A stretch of DNA of 64,000 bases from contig CABXFE010000002.1 in NCBI GenBank assembly GCA_902511425.1, positions 1,943 through 65,942 on the forward strand, written 5' to 3'. The stretch comes from an uncultured SAR86 cluster bacterium. GTDB lineage: Bacteria > Pseudomonadota > Gammaproteobacteria > Magnimaribacterales > D2472. Within the stretch, counting starts at the first letter, position 1. Every line of letters starts with the position of its first letter. A program made the translations under genes and the position numbers. Shown here one piece after another: positions 30,177 to 41,018 of the stretch. Under the pieces are notes generated by a model. It was not told the origin of the DNA. It ran no database searches and saw only the letters and a program-made list of their open reading frames with translations.

Positions 30177-32111
30177 TTGTGTGGCATAACCGGTTTCTTA
30201 AATTTACATTCTCCAAGAAAAGATAAAGCACTGAATGTGCTACAAAAAATGACGAGCTCTCTTGAGCACAGAGGCCCAGATGCAACAGGGTATTGGATGG
30301 ATCCAAATGGAATGATTGCATTAGGCCATCGCAGATTGTCTATTTTAGATCTTTCAGACGCTGGATCTCAACCCATGGTGTCTATATGTGGAAGATATGT
30401 TCTAACTTTTAATGGAGAGATTTATAATCATCTTTCTTTAAGAAAAGATCTTGAAAAAAATACTTCTATTCAATGGAAGGGAACCTCTGATACAGAGACT
30501 TTAATTGAAGCCATTTCACATTTGGGGCTAATTAATACTTTAAAAAAGCTCAAAGGAATGTTTGCATTTGCTTTGTGGGATAAAAAACTTGAAATTCTGT
30601 CTCTTGCAAGAGACCCTATGGGTGAAAAGCATTTGTATTATGGGTGGCAAGGGAACACTTTTTTATTTGGATCAGAGTTAAAGGCTTTAAAGGAGCATCC
30701 AGATTTTCAAAAAAAAGTATCTGAAAATTCATTATCATTATTTCTTCTTCATAATTATATACCGGCACCGTATTCAATCTTTGAAGGAATAAAGAAATTA
30801 CTTCCTGCTCAAGTTGCCAGCATGAATCTCAAAAAGGGCTTTGCTGAGCCTGAGTTAATTTCATATTGGTCAATTTCTGAAATATCTTCAGAAAAAAATA
30901 TTAAATTTTCTGATGAAAATACTGCGATAGATGGACTTGAAAAAATATTGAGTCATTCTGTTCAATCTCAAATGTTATCTGATGTTCCAATTGGATCATT
31001 GTTATCTGGCGGCATAGATTCGACCTTGATAACAGCAATTATGCAAAATAATTCTACAAGACCTGTGAAAACTTTTACCATTGGATTTGATGATAAGAAT
31101 TTTAATGAAGCAAGACATGCTGCTTCTATTGCAGATTATCTGAAAACAGATCATCACGAATTATATGTTTCCTCTTCAGATTCATTATCCCTTGTTCCAA
31201 ATTTAGCTAGGTATTGGGATGAGCCTTTTGCTGATTCATCTCAAATCCCCACTTATTTGGTTATGCAGCTTGCTAGCAATGAAATCAAGGTTGCATTATC
31301 TGGTGATGGAGCTGACGAATTATTTGGAGGCTATAACAGATATAAATATGCTCCAAAAATATGGAATCAGCTTGGATGGCTACCACTTAGCTTTAAAAAA
31401 ATTTTAAAAACTATTTCTACATCAATTCCGGCATCAACAATTGATTCAGCTTCAAAACCGTTTTCAAAAATATTGGGGATCTCTCAACTTGGTCAAAAAA
31501 TACATAAACTTGGCAATAGATTTTCTAATCTTAACTCAATTGATTCTTTTTACTATTCGCTTGTTACAGAATGGCCGGATGTAAATCAGGTGCTGAGGGA
31601 GCCCCAATATCCATCATACTTACTGAATGATTTTAAAAGGTGGCCTCAATTTCAAAATCCAGTCTCGCGCATGATGGCTTTGGATACTTTAACCTATCTA
31701 CCTGATGACATCTTAACTAAAGTTGATAGAGCATCCATGGCAGTGTCTATTGAGAGTAGGGCGCCATTTTTAGATCTTGATGTAGTTGAATATGCTTTTA
31801 ATTTACCACTGAAATACAAAGTCAATAATAATCAATCAAAATGGATATTGCGCCAAATTCTGAACAGACATATTCCCGAGCACCTTATCAATAGACCAAA
31901 AATGGGCTTTGGGTTACCTATTGATGAGTGGTTAAGGAGCCCTTTAAGGGAATGGGCAGATGAATTACTTAATAAAGATAAATTGTTGCAGCAAGGTTTT
32001 TTTAATGCTGAGTATGTTCAAAATATCTGGGTTAAGCATTGTAAAGGTGAGCAATTTGGCTCAAGATTATGGGGTATTTTAATGTTTCAAAATTGGCTTG
32101 AGCAACAATAA
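30177..32111 (+). CDS. asparagine synthase (glutamine-hydrolysing) family amidotransferase, WbpS-like
   Basis: TTG start followed by CGITGF (Ntn Cys2), and the PP-loop LLSGGIDSTLI. 644 aa. Located inside the polysaccharide cluster. Confidence 0.85.
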   Translation: MCGITGFLNLHSPRKDKALNVLQKMTSSLEHRGPDATGYWMDPNGMIALGHRRLSILDLSDAGSQPMVSICGRYVLTFNGEIYNHLSLRKDLEKNTSIQWKGTSDTETLIEAISHLGLINTLKKLKGMFAFALWDKKLEILSLARDPMGEKHLYYGWQGNTFLFGSELKALKEHPDFQKKVSENSLSLFLLHNYIPAPYSIFEGIKKLLPAQVASMNLKKGFAEPELISYWSISEISSEKNIKFSDENTAIDGLEKILSHSVQSQMLSDVPIGSLLSGGIDSTLITAIMQNNSTRPVKTFTIGFDDKNFNEARHAASIADYLKTDHHELYVSSSDSLSLVPNLARYWDEPFADSSQIPTYLVMQLASNEIKVALSGDGADELFGGYNRYKYAPKIWNQLGWLPLSFKKILKTISTSIPASTIDSASKPFSKILGISQLGQKIHKLGNRFSNLNSIDSFYYSLVTEWPDVNQVLREPQYPSYLLNDFKRWPQFQNPVSRMMALDTLTYLPDDILTKVDRASMAVSIESRAPFLDLDVVEYAFNLPLKYKVNNNQSKWILRQILNRHIPEHLINRPKMGFGLPIDEWLRSPLREWADELLNKDKLLQQGFFNAEYVQNIWVKHCKGEQFGSRLWGILMFQNWLEQQ

Positions 32112-32157
32112 GCTTAGTAAGTTTTAATTTTGTCTTATATTATTTAATTTAAAAATT

Positions 32158-33243
32158 ATGACAACTTACTGGATTCTCTTTTTTATTGCAGCTGGTTTTG
32201 CTCTAATTTCTCAGTCAAGAGCACCCATTCTTGGAGATAACCTATATTCAACAAAACTATATTCTGAATGGATTGTTTTCATTTTCATTTTAACGATATT
32301 AATTGGCTTTCGGTTTGAAGTTGGTGGAGACTGGTATATATATAATGAGCATGTTTCTGAGGCAATAGACTCAACTCTTGCAAGCGCATTAACTAAGTAT
32401 GGTGATCCAGGGTATTATTTTTTAAATTGGATGAGTGCTAAATCTGGTTTTGATATATATGGCGTTAATTTAATATGTGGACTGGTTTTTGCGATTGGCT
32501 TATCTAAATTTTGCAGAAGTTTGCCTAGACCTTGGTTAGCGTTAACAGTTGCTATTCCTTATTTATTTTTAGTGGTCGCATTAGGTTATTCAAGGCAAGG
32601 GGTTGCAATTGGCTTTGGAATGCTTGCTTTGGTTGCATTTGGTCGCAAGGATATTAAATGGTTTGTTTTGTGGGTTTTTTTAGCAGCCTCTTTCCATAAA
32701 TCTGCTGTTTTGCTTCTACCAATTGCTTTAATAGCAAATACAAAAAATTCGTATCTTACTATTTTTGGGTTTTTAATATTAGGAGTAGGAGCATTTTTTT
32801 TATATTTAGAGCAATACATAGAAAAGCTTTATCAAAACTATGTTACAGCCCAATCGCAATCAAGCGGAGCATTTATTAGGCTTTCTATGAATGCAGTTCC
32901 CGCATTAATTTATTTACTTTTTAGAGATAGATTTCACTTTTCAGAGAATGAGAAGGAAATTTGGAGATGGTTTTCTATTCTATCTATAGTAATGCTTATA
33001 TTATTTTTTTTAATTTCAGCATCAACTGCTTTAGATCGAATTGCACTATACATGATACCTCTTCAGCTAGTAATCTTTTCAAGACTGCCTGACGCCTTTG
33101 GTGTAGACACTTTTTCACGCACTTTTATTTTTACATTAATATTATTTTATTACGCATTTGTTATGTTTGTGTGGTTAAATTTTGCTTATCACGCATACAT
33201 GTGGATACCATATAAATCCTTTTTAGTTGAGATGGTAATTTGA
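32158..33243 (+). CDS. EpsG/Wzy-like polysaccharide polymerase (polytopic membrane protein)
   Basis: About 10 hydrophobic segments, with an EpsG-like GGDWYIYNEH near the N-terminus. No nucleotide-binding motifs. Confidence 0.6.
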   Translation: MTTYWILFFIAAGFALISQSRAPILGDNLYSTKLYSEWIVFIFILTILIGFRFEVGGDWYIYNEHVSEAIDSTLASALTKYGDPGYYFLNWMSAKSGFDIYGVNLICGLVFAIGLSKFCRSLPRPWLALTVAIPYLFLVVALGYSRQGVAIGFGMLALVAFGRKDIKWFVLWVFLAASFHKSAVLLLPIALIANTKNSYLTIFGFLILGVGAFFLYLEQYIEKLYQNYVTAQSQSSGAFIRLSMNAVPALIYLLFRDRFHFSENEKEIWRWFSILSIVMLILFFLISASTALDRIALYMIPLQLVIFSRLPDAFGVDTFSRTFIFTLILFYYAFVMFVWLNFAYHAYMWIPYKSFLVEMVI

Positions 33244-33246
33244 TAC

Positions 33247-34374
33247 ATGAAAAAGCGCATCGTTCTATTTGCTAATTCAGACTGGTATCTCTTTAATTTT
33301 AGACTGCCCTTAATTCAAGAAATTCAAAAATCTGGTTGTGAATTATGGCTAATTTCTCCAGCTGGTCCATATGGACAAAAGCTAGTCGAAATGGGTCTTA
33401 ATTGGCATCCAATCCAGCTTGATAGATCAAGTATTAATATTTTTGTTGAGTTTAAAGCTATTTTTCAGCTTCGTAATTTTATAAAAGCTAATAAGATTGA
33501 TTTAGTGCACGGTTTCACAATCAAATGCTCTATATACACAGCGCTAGCGTCTTTGAGGTTAAAAGTATTAAATATTTTTTCCATCACTGGAATGGGGTAT
33601 GTTTTTACTAGCAAAGATTTTAAGGCAAAATTGTTAAAGCCATTTTTATGGACACTATTAAATATCTCTCTTAATAAAAAAAATGCTCATTTAATAGTTC
33701 AAAATAAAGATGATTTAAATTTATTTATCTCTTCTAATTTAATTGAAGAGTCTAGAATTTCTCTAATTCCTAGTTCTGGAGTTGATTGCTCTAGATTTAT
33801 TCCTACTAATGCTGCCTATAATAGCTCTAATTTAAAGGTTTTATTATCAGCGAGATTATTATGGGATAAGGGAATATCTACTTTTGTTGAATGTGCAGAA
33901 ATGATAATTCATGAGCGAGATGATATTACGTTTTATTTGGCAGGAGCTATAGATAAAAATAATCCAGCCTCAATCTCAATTGAACAAGCAAATGCTTGGA
34001 ATAATCAAGGAATTATTAATTACCTTGGACATATTGATGACATGCCTAATCTGCTAAATAAAATTGATATAGCAGTATTACCGAGTGCACGTGAAGGTCT
34101 GCCTAAGAGTTTAATAGAAGCATTGGCATGTGGAATTCCAATAATTACAACTGATGTGCCAGGGTGTAGAGAAGTTGTTGAAAACGGATTTGATGGTATT
34201 TTAATTCAATATGGCAGACCCTTGGAATTAAAGCAGGCAATAGAATTCTTAATTTCTAATCCAGAGAAATATAATCGCTTTTCAAAAAATGCACGTATTT
34301 CTGCGCTTAGTAAATTTGACTCAAAGATAGTAAATAAGCATACGTTAGAAATATATAAAAGTTTATTTTCTTAA
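33247..34374 (+). CDS. family 4 glycosyltransferase
   Basis: EGLPKSLIEALACGIPIITTDVPGCREVVENGFDGILI is the classical GT4 E-x7-E region. Confidence 0.8.
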   Translation: MKKRIVLFANSDWYLFNFRLPLIQEIQKSGCELWLISPAGPYGQKLVEMGLNWHPIQLDRSSINIFVEFKAIFQLRNFIKANKIDLVHGFTIKCSIYTALASLRLKVLNIFSITGMGYVFTSKDFKAKLLKPFLWTLLNISLNKKNAHLIVQNKDDLNLFISSNLIEESRISLIPSSGVDCSRFIPTNAAYNSSNLKVLLSARLLWDKGISTFVECAEMIIHERDDITFYLAGAIDKNNPASISIEQANAWNNQGIINYLGHIDDMPNLLNKIDIAVLPSAREGLPKSLIEALACGIPIITTDVPGCREVVENGFDGILIQYGRPLELKQAIEFLISNPEKYNRFSKNARISALSKFDSKIVNKHTLEIYKSLFS

Positions 34375-34427
34375 ATTAAGTATTCATGACTGTTATATAA
34401 TAGGCTTCGCAAATAGACAAAAAATTT

Positions 34428-35306
34428 ATGAAAGAAAGAAAAGGCATTATCCTTGCAGGCGGATCAGGCTCAAGACTCTACCCAGTTTCTCATAGCATTA
34501 GCAAGCAAATTCTCCCTATATATGATAAGCCAATGATTTATTACCCACTCAGCACGCTAATGCTGGCAGGAATTAGAAACATTCTTATTATTACCACTCC
34601 AAGAGATTCTGCTGCATTTGAAAATTTACTTGGCACAGGAGAGCAATGGGGAATTGATATTAAATATGAAATTCAACCTTCTCCTGATGGTATCGCTCAA
34701 GCATTTATTATTGGTAAGAAGTACCTTGATGGGCATCCATGCGCATTGATATTAGGCGATAATATTTTTTATGGACATAATTTAACTTCATTGCTTGAAA
34801 ATGCAAATGCAAGACGGAATAGTGCAAGTGTTTTTGCATATCATGTTAATGATCCTGAGCGTTATGGAGTTGTTGAATTTGATGATGCGTTTAGGGTTAT
34901 TAGCATTGAAGAGAAACCTGCAACACCAAAAAGTAATTTCGCGTTAACGGGTCTTTATTTCTATGACAAAAGCGTTGTAGACATAGCTACCGAGATTCAA
35001 CCTTCTTCAAGAGGAGAGCTAGAAATAACGGATGTAAATAATACCTATCTTTCTATGGGTAAATTAGATGTTGAGGTAATGGGCAGGGGTTATGCTTGGC
35101 TAGATACTGGTACTCATGAGTCTTTGCATGATGCCTCGGGATTTATTTCAACTCTCCAAAAAAGACAAGGGACGATGATATCCTGCCCTGAAGAAATAGC
35201 ATTTCTTAATAAATGGATTACAACAGAAAGCCTTTATAATTACGCTAGTCAATTATCTAAAAACCAATATGGTCAATATTTACTCAATTTAATTAAAGAA
35301 AAATAA
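34428..35306 (+). CDS. rmlA: glucose-1-phosphate thymidylyltransferase
   Basis: Motifs [23 protein letters not shown] and [12 protein letters not shown]. Confidence 0.93.
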   Translation: MKERKGIILAGGSGSRLYPVSHSISKQILPIYDKPMIYYPLSTLMLAGIRNILIITTPRDSAAFENLLGTGEQWGIDIKYEIQPSPDGIAQAFIIGKKYLDGHPCALILGDNIFYGHNLTSLLENANARRNSASVFAYHVNDPERYGVVEFDDAFRVISIEEKPATPKSNFALTGLYFYDKSVVDIATEIQPSSRGELEITDVNNTYLSMGKLDVEVMGRGYAWLDTGTHESLHDASGFISTLQKRQGTMISCPEEIAFLNKWITTESLYNYASQLSKNQYGQYLLNLIKEK

Positions 35307-35311
35307 TCGAT

Positions 35312-35857
35312 ATGGCATACAAGGTTAAACAGTCATCAATTCCAGAAGTATTAATTATCAATTCTCCGGTTTTTGAAGATAATAGGGGATATTTCTTCGA
35401 GAGCTTCAATAAAAAAGATTTTTGCTCTTCAACTAATCTTGATATTGAATTTGTTCAAGATAATTGTAGTTATTCTAAGAAAGGAGTTTTACGAGGTCTT
35501 CATTTTCAAAAACCAAAACCTCAGGGAAAACTTATTCGAGTTATTTCGGGTGAAATTTATGATGTTGCTGTAGATATAAGAAAAAACTCAGATAATTTTG
35601 GAAAATGGTTTGGAATAGAGCTCTCATCAATCAACAATACTCAGCTTTGGATACCTGAAGGTTTTGCGCATGGTTTTCAAGTAATCTCTGATGATGCACT
35701 GGTCTCATATAAAACGACTGATTACTGGGATCCTAAATGTGAAAAAGCAATCAAATGGAATGATCCTATTTTGAATATTGAATGGCCATTACAAGATAGA
35801 GTTATTATTAATAAAAAAGATGCTTCTGCACAAAAATTAAGTGAAATAATAATATAA
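35312..35857 (+). CDS. rmlC: dTDP-4-dehydrorhamnose 3,5-epimerase
   Basis: Motifs FEDNRGYFFE, LRGLHFQ and IPEGFAHGF. 181 aa. Confidence 0.92.
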   Translation: MAYKVKQSSIPEVLIINSPVFEDNRGYFFESFNKKDFCSSTNLDIEFVQDNCSYSKKGVLRGLHFQKPKPQGKLIRVISGEIYDVAVDIRKNSDNFGKWFGIELSSINNTQLWIPEGFAHGFQVISDDALVSYKTTDYWDPKCEKAIKWNDPILNIEWPLQDRVIINKKDASAQKLSEIII

Positions 35858-35885
35858 GAATGAAAACTAATTTTCTCAATTTAAA

Positions 35886-36947
35886 ATGATATTAGTAACT
35901 GGAGGAGCTGGATTTATTGGCAGTAATTTTATTCTTGATTGGTGCAGATCTTCTGATGAGCAAGTTATAAATATAGATAAATTGACTTATGCTGGAAATT
36001 TAATGAATCTTTCTTCTTTAAAGGACTCTCCTCAGCATAAATTCTTTAATGTGGAAATTGGGAATAGCAATCAAGTTTCAAAGATCCTAAAAAAATATAA
36101 ACCTAGAGCGGTTATAAATTTTGCAGCAGAATCTCATGTTGATAGATCCATACATGGACCAAGAGATTTTATATATACTAACATCATAGGAACATATGAG
36201 CTGCTTGAAGCAGTCAATTCATATTGGGCAAATCTTCAAGATAGTCAGAAAGCTGATTTTAAGTTCATGCATATCTCTACTGATGAGGTTTATGGATCTT
36301 TGTTACCAGAGGATTCCAGCTTCACTGAAAAAAATCAATACAAGCCTAATAGCCCTTATTCTGCAAGCAAAGCTTCAAGCGATCACCTTGTCAGAGCATT
36401 TAATAAAACATATCAATTACCAACAATCACTACAAATTGTTCCAATAATTATGGGCCTTTTCAATTCCCTGAAAAGTTAATACCTTTAACAATTAATAAC
36501 ATAATTCATAATAAAAAAATTCCTGTATATGGAGATGGGATGCAAGTTAGAGATTGGCTTTATGTCAATGATCACTGCGATGCGCTGAGGCTAATACTTT
36601 CAGATGGATCAATTGGAGAGATTTATAATATTGGTGGGCTAAACGAAAAAACAAATATTGATGTTATTACAATGATTTGTAATAAAATGGATGATATTCA
36701 ATTTAAAAAAGATATTCCATCCATAAATTTAATCCAACACGTAAAAGATAGGGCTGGTCATGATACAAGGTACTCAATTGATATTTCCAAAGTTTCTAAA
36801 ACCTTAGATTGGAAACCAAAAGAAACATTTGAGTCAGGCATTGATAAAACTATTAAATGGTATTTAGATAACCAAAACTGGGTGGACTCCGTGTCAACGG
36901 GAGAGTACGTAAAGTGGATGAAAAAAAATTATTCTGAGCTTTTATGA
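35886..36947 (+). CDS. rmlB: dTDP-glucose 4,6-dehydratase
   Basis: Motifs ILVTGGAGFIGSNF, HISTDEVYG and YSASKASSDHLV. Confidence 0.93.
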   Translation: MILVTGGAGFIGSNFILDWCRSSDEQVINIDKLTYAGNLMNLSSLKDSPQHKFFNVEIGNSNQVSKILKKYKPRAVINFAAESHVDRSIHGPRDFIYTNIIGTYELLEAVNSYWANLQDSQKADFKFMHISTDEVYGSLLPEDSSFTEKNQYKPNSPYSASKASSDHLVRAFNKTYQLPTITTNCSNNYGPFQFPEKLIPLTINNIIHNKKIPVYGDGMQVRDWLYVNDHCDALRLILSDGSIGEIYNIGGLNEKTNIDVITMICNKMDDIQFKKDIPSINLIQHVKDRAGHDTRYSIDISKVSKTLDWKPKETFESGIDKTIKWYLDNQNWVDSVSTGEYVKWMKKNYSELL

Positions 36948-37813
36948 AATTGCTTATTTTTGGCTCATCAGGCCAATTGGGAAAAAGTATTATCAAGCAA
37001 CTAAATCAATATCAAATTGATGCAGTTTGCCTTAATAGCAAACAATTAAACATAACAGATAAAAGACAGGTTGCTAACAAAATTAATAAGATTTGTCCTG
37101 ACCTAGTTATCAATACTGCAGCTTATACCAATGTAGACAAAGCAGAGGAATTTTTTGAAAGCGCATATAGAGTTAATTGCTCTGGCCCAGAAAATATTGT
37201 TGATGCTTGCAAAGCAAAACTTATTCCCATAATTCATGTATCCACTGATTATGTATTTGATGGCCTTCAAACCTCGCCCTATAAACCGACAGACATCACA
37301 AATCCAATTAGTATTTATGGAAAGTCTAAGCTTGCCGGGGAGAATTTTATTAATAATTATGACCAAGGATTTATCATTAGAACCTCATGGCTTTTTAGTG
37401 AATTTAATAGCAATTTTTATAAAACGATGTTGAATTTAGCAAATCATAAGAGAGAGATAAGGGTTGTAAATGATGAAATTGGATGTCCAACTTATGCGGG
37501 GGATCTTGCAGAAGCCATTCTTAAACTGGCTCTTGGAATTATTTCAGAAAATTTGTCCTCTAATATTTATCATTTCGCGGGAGACAAACAATGTACTTGG
37601 TATGACTTTGCAAAATTTATATTAAATGAAAGTTATGCTCAAAAAAAAATAAAAACTCTACCTGAGGTAATACCCGTAACAAGCGAAGAATTTCATAATA
37701 AATTTTCTATTAGGCCAAAATTTTCTGCTCTAGATTCAACAAAACTTTGCTCTCAGTTAGCTATTAATTCTTCAAAATGGGAAGAAGCTATTTTCAAACT
37801 ACTACTTGTTTAA
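36944..37813 (+). CDS. rmlD: dTDP-4-dehydrorhamnose reductase
   Basis: Motifs LLIFGSSGQLG, STDYVFDG and YGKSKLAGE. ATGA overlap with rmlB. Confidence 0.9.
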   Translation: MKLLIFGSSGQLGKSIIKQLNQYQIDAVCLNSKQLNITDKRQVANKINKICPDLVINTAAYTNVDKAEEFFESAYRVNCSGPENIVDACKAKLIPIIHVSTDYVFDGLQTSPYKPTDITNPISIYGKSKLAGENFINNYDQGFIIRTSWLFSEFNSNFYKTMLNLANHKREIRVVNDEIGCPTYAGDLAEAILKLALGIISENLSSNIYHFAGDKQCTWYDFAKFILNESYAQKKIKTLPEVIPVTSEEFHNKFSIRPKFSALDSTKLCSQLAINSSKWEEAIFKLLLV

Positions 37814-37875
37814 AACAAAGAAAAGATTTTTTATTCACTCAGGCATTTGCAAATATATTAGAATACACATAAATC

Positions 37876-39057
37876 ATGAGAAAAAAAGAATTAAAAATTA
37901 CAGTAGTTGGTTTAGGTTATGTAGGTGTTTCGATGGCAGTGCTACTTGCCCAAAAACATAATGTAACTGCGCTTGATATAAATAAAGACAGAGTTGACTC
38001 AATTAATAATAAAGTTTCAACTATTGTTGATCCTGATATTTCTGAATTTTTAAAAAACCCATCTCTGAATATAGAGGCTACCTGCAATCAGCAATCAGCA
38101 TATAAGAATGCTGATTTTATTATTATTGCAACGCAAACAGATTATGATCCAGAAACTGATAAGTTTAATACTTCTTCTGTTGAAGGAGTTATAGAAGAGG
38201 CCCTAAAATATAATTCGACTGCCACAATTGTTATTAAATCTACCATTCCAATTGGTTTTACAAATTCAATGAATCAAAAAATATCAGCAGAAAGAATCAT
38301 TTTCTCGCCTGAATTTTTAAGAGAAGGGATGGCCCTTCATGATAATCTTTTTCCATCTAGAATAATTGTGGGCGGTGAAAATGATTCATGCAAAGTATTT
38401 GCTAATATATTAGTAGAATCAGCAAAAAAAGAAAATATTGAAGTATTGTATATGTCTTCAACTGAGGCAGAAGCCGTGAAGTTATTTGCAAATACATATC
38501 TTGCTATGAGGGTGGCTTATTTTAATGAGCTTGATTCGTATGCTATGGTCAATCATCTTAATTCAAAGAATATTATTTTAGGAATGAGTTTTGATGATCG
38601 TATTGGTAATTTCTATAATAATCCATCTTTTGGCTATGGAGGTTATTGTTTGCCAAAAGATACTCAGCAATTACTTTCTAATTTTAAGGAGACGCCTCAA
38701 AAAATTATACAAGCTATTGTTGAAGCAAATAGAACAAGATTTCATTTTCTTGCAGACACGATTCTTCAAAATAATCCAAAAGTAGTAGGAATATACCGCT
38801 TGGTTATGAAGCAGGATTCAGATAATTTTCGTTTTTCAGCCATTCAAGAAATCATGAGTATTTTAGATAATAATGGGGTTGAGATGATTATTTATGAGCC
38901 AACTCTTAAATCGTCTCATTTTAAAAATTATCAGGTTGTTAATGAACTTAGTAACTTTAAGTCTAAATCAGACTTAGTTATTGCAAATAGAAAATCTGAT
39001 GAGCTTGATGATATTCCTTCAAAGATCTTTACAAGAGATGTGTTTGGTAACAATTAA
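37876..39057 (+). CDS. ugd: UDP-glucose 6-dehydrogenase
   Basis: Motifs ITVVGLGYVGVSMAVLLA, SPEFLREG and GYGGYCLPKD. Confidence 0.9.
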   Translation: MRKKELKITVVGLGYVGVSMAVLLAQKHNVTALDINKDRVDSINNKVSTIVDPDISEFLKNPSLNIEATCNQQSAYKNADFIIIATQTDYDPETDKFNTSSVEGVIEEALKYNSTATIVIKSTIPIGFTNSMNQKISAERIIFSPEFLREGMALHDNLFPSRIIVGGENDSCKVFANILVESAKKENIEVLYMSSTEAEAVKLFANTYLAMRVAYFNELDSYAMVNHLNSKNIILGMSFDDRIGNFYNNPSFGYGGYCLPKDTQQLLSNFKETPQKIIQAIVEANRTRFHFLADTILQNNPKVVGIYRLVMKQDSDNFRFSAIQEIMSILDNNGVEMIIYEPTLKSSHFKNYQVVNELSNFKSKSDLVIANRKSDELDDIPSKIFTRDVFGNN

Positions 39058-39145
39058 TATAACCCTAATTTTTCGCTTTTTTGTTTTATCTATAGGGCAG
39101 AATATGATGTAAAATGAGTAGCACAACAACATTTAGGCTACAAAG

Positions 39146-40987
39146 ATGAAATCAAAATACCTTTTCAACACTTTCTTTGCATTAAGAACTTTCATTGTTT
39201 TAAATATTTTTTTTACCACTTCTGTATTTTCTCAGGATATTTCAGAGGAGTTTCTGGATAGCTTGCCAGAAGGTCTTAGAGATCAAGTGGAGGCCCAAAC
39301 AGAAAAGAGTGAGCAAGAACAAGAGGTTGAAGGACTATTTAGATCAGATACATCTGTTTATAACAATAAAAAAATTCTTCAAAACCTTAAAGACCAGATT
39401 GAAGATCTAGGCGAACGAATCTTATTTGAAGAAAATAATATTAAAACACTTAATAGGTTTGGTGAAGAATTCTTCAGTACGATTCAATCGTCATTTATGC
39501 CCATTAATATTCCTAATTTGAGTAGTAACTACATAATTGATGTAGGTGATGAATTAAGTATCTTGTTGACTGGTATCAAAAACCAAGAGCATAAGCTTTT
39601 TGTTCAACGTGATGGATCTTTGATAATACCGGAATTTGGCAAGATATATGTTTCAGGAAACTCACTAGACGAATCTTCAGCATTAATTAGGAATTTTATT
39701 GAAACTTCCGCAGTTGGAACTAGTGCATTCGTTACCTTATCCGCAATAAGAGACGTTCAAATTATCATGCTCGGCGGAGTAAAGAGTCCAGGAATTTATA
39801 CCATAAGTGGAGGTTCAAATCCTGTTTTTGCTTTAAATGCTGCAGGAGGTATATCTGAAAAAGGCTCTTTCAGAAAAATTGATCATAGGAGAAATGGTAA
39901 AACCATTCAGTCAATTGACTTATATGATATTTTTGTTTTTGGAGATTATAATATTAAACATCAGATGAGGTCTGGTGATGTTATTTTTGTTCATCCTCCT
40001 CAAATTCAAATTCCAATCTCAGGAGGAATTTATAATCCTAATATTTATGAGATGGTTGAAGGGCAGTCAGTTAACGATTTAATTGAATATGCAGGCGGAT
40101 TTAGAGAAGGTTTCTATGGCTATAATAAGATTGCTGTTAGGAGAACTTCAATAGATCGGGCTTTAACATTAGAGGTATCAATTGATGAAATTTCTGATTT
40201 TAAGCTGCAACACCGAGATATTGTTAGCGTACCTTTTTATGAAAATCAATTTGAAAAAATTAAATCAGTTATTATCGAAGGAATGGTTAATAAACCAGGT
40301 GAATATTTTATTAATGACAGCGAAAAACTCTCTTCAGTCATAAAAAGAGCTGGTGGTTATAAAGAAAAAGCATATGTTTTTGGAGGAATGCTTTTAAGAG
40401 ATGATGCATTAGAAAAAGAGCAATTGTATGCAGAAAAAGTATATTCAGATACCATTAATTTTTTAGTCTCAAGTATAGCTAAGCCGGGCACCTCATTTGA
40501 TTCTTCAGCTGTTCAATTATTAATAGAAGAGCTTAAATCCCAAAATTTTACTGGTCGAATAATAACAGAATTCGATTTAGATCAAATTAATGAAAACAGT
40601 GCGCTAGACTTATTATTACAAGATAAAGACAGAATTATTATTCCGCAGATTCAAAAGGTCGTATATCTTTTCGGAGATTTAAATGCGCCCACAATATTAA
40701 ATTACAACTCGGATTACGGAATTAATGATTACATCAGATTGGCTGGTGGAATAAAGGACTCTGCAACTAATGATTTATTAGTAATTAACCCTGATGGAAT
40801 CTCTCAACAGATCAGTAGAAGTTTTTCTTTGTTTAATAGAAGCCAAGTAGATATATATCCTGGCTCAATTATTTATGTACCAAGAGACATTGGTCAATTA
40901 TCCGGTATTTACTATGCATCTACTGTTGCTCCTGTTCTTAGCAGCTTAGCCATATCTTTAGCATCATTAAATAGCATTAAGGATTAG
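39146..40987 (+). CDS. outer-membrane polysaccharide export (OPX) protein, long Wza/KpsD-like form
   Basis: Signal peptide without a lipobox. Poly_export-like segment YIIDVGDELSILL...VQRDGSLIIPEFGKIYVSGNSLDE. Several SLBB-like repeats (GGV/GGF...G motifs). C-terminal amphipathic/hydrophobic helix VAPVLSSLAISLASL. Confidence 0.8.
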   Translation: MKSKYLFNTFFALRTFIVLNIFFTTSVFSQDISEEFLDSLPEGLRDQVEAQTEKSEQEQEVEGLFRSDTSVYNNKKILQNLKDQIEDLGERILFEENNIKTLNRFGEEFFSTIQSSFMPINIPNLSSNYIIDVGDELSILLTGIKNQEHKLFVQRDGSLIIPEFGKIYVSGNSLDESSALIRNFIETSAVGTSAFVTLSAIRDVQIIMLGGVKSPGIYTISGGSNPVFALNAAGGISEKGSFRKIDHRRNGKTIQSIDLYDIFVFGDYNIKHQMRSGDVIFVHPPQIQIPISGGIYNPNIYEMVEGQSVNDLIEYAGGFREGFYGYNKIAVRRTSIDRALTLEVSIDEISDFKLQHRDIVSVPFYENQFEKIKSVIIEGMVNKPGEYFINDSEKLSSVIKRAGGYKEKAYVFGGMLLRDDALEKEQLYAEKVYSDTINFLVSSIAKPGTSFDSSAVQLLIEELKSQNFTGRIITEFDLDQINENSALDLLLQDKDRIIIPQIQKVVYLFGDLNAPTILNYNSDYGINDYIRLAGGIKDSATNDLLVINPDGISQQISRSFSLFNRSQVDIYPGSIIYVPRDIGQLSGIYYASTVAPVLSSLAISLASLNSIKD

Positions 40988-41018
40988 TAAACAATTCTTT
41001 TGTTTGATCTGCAATAGG

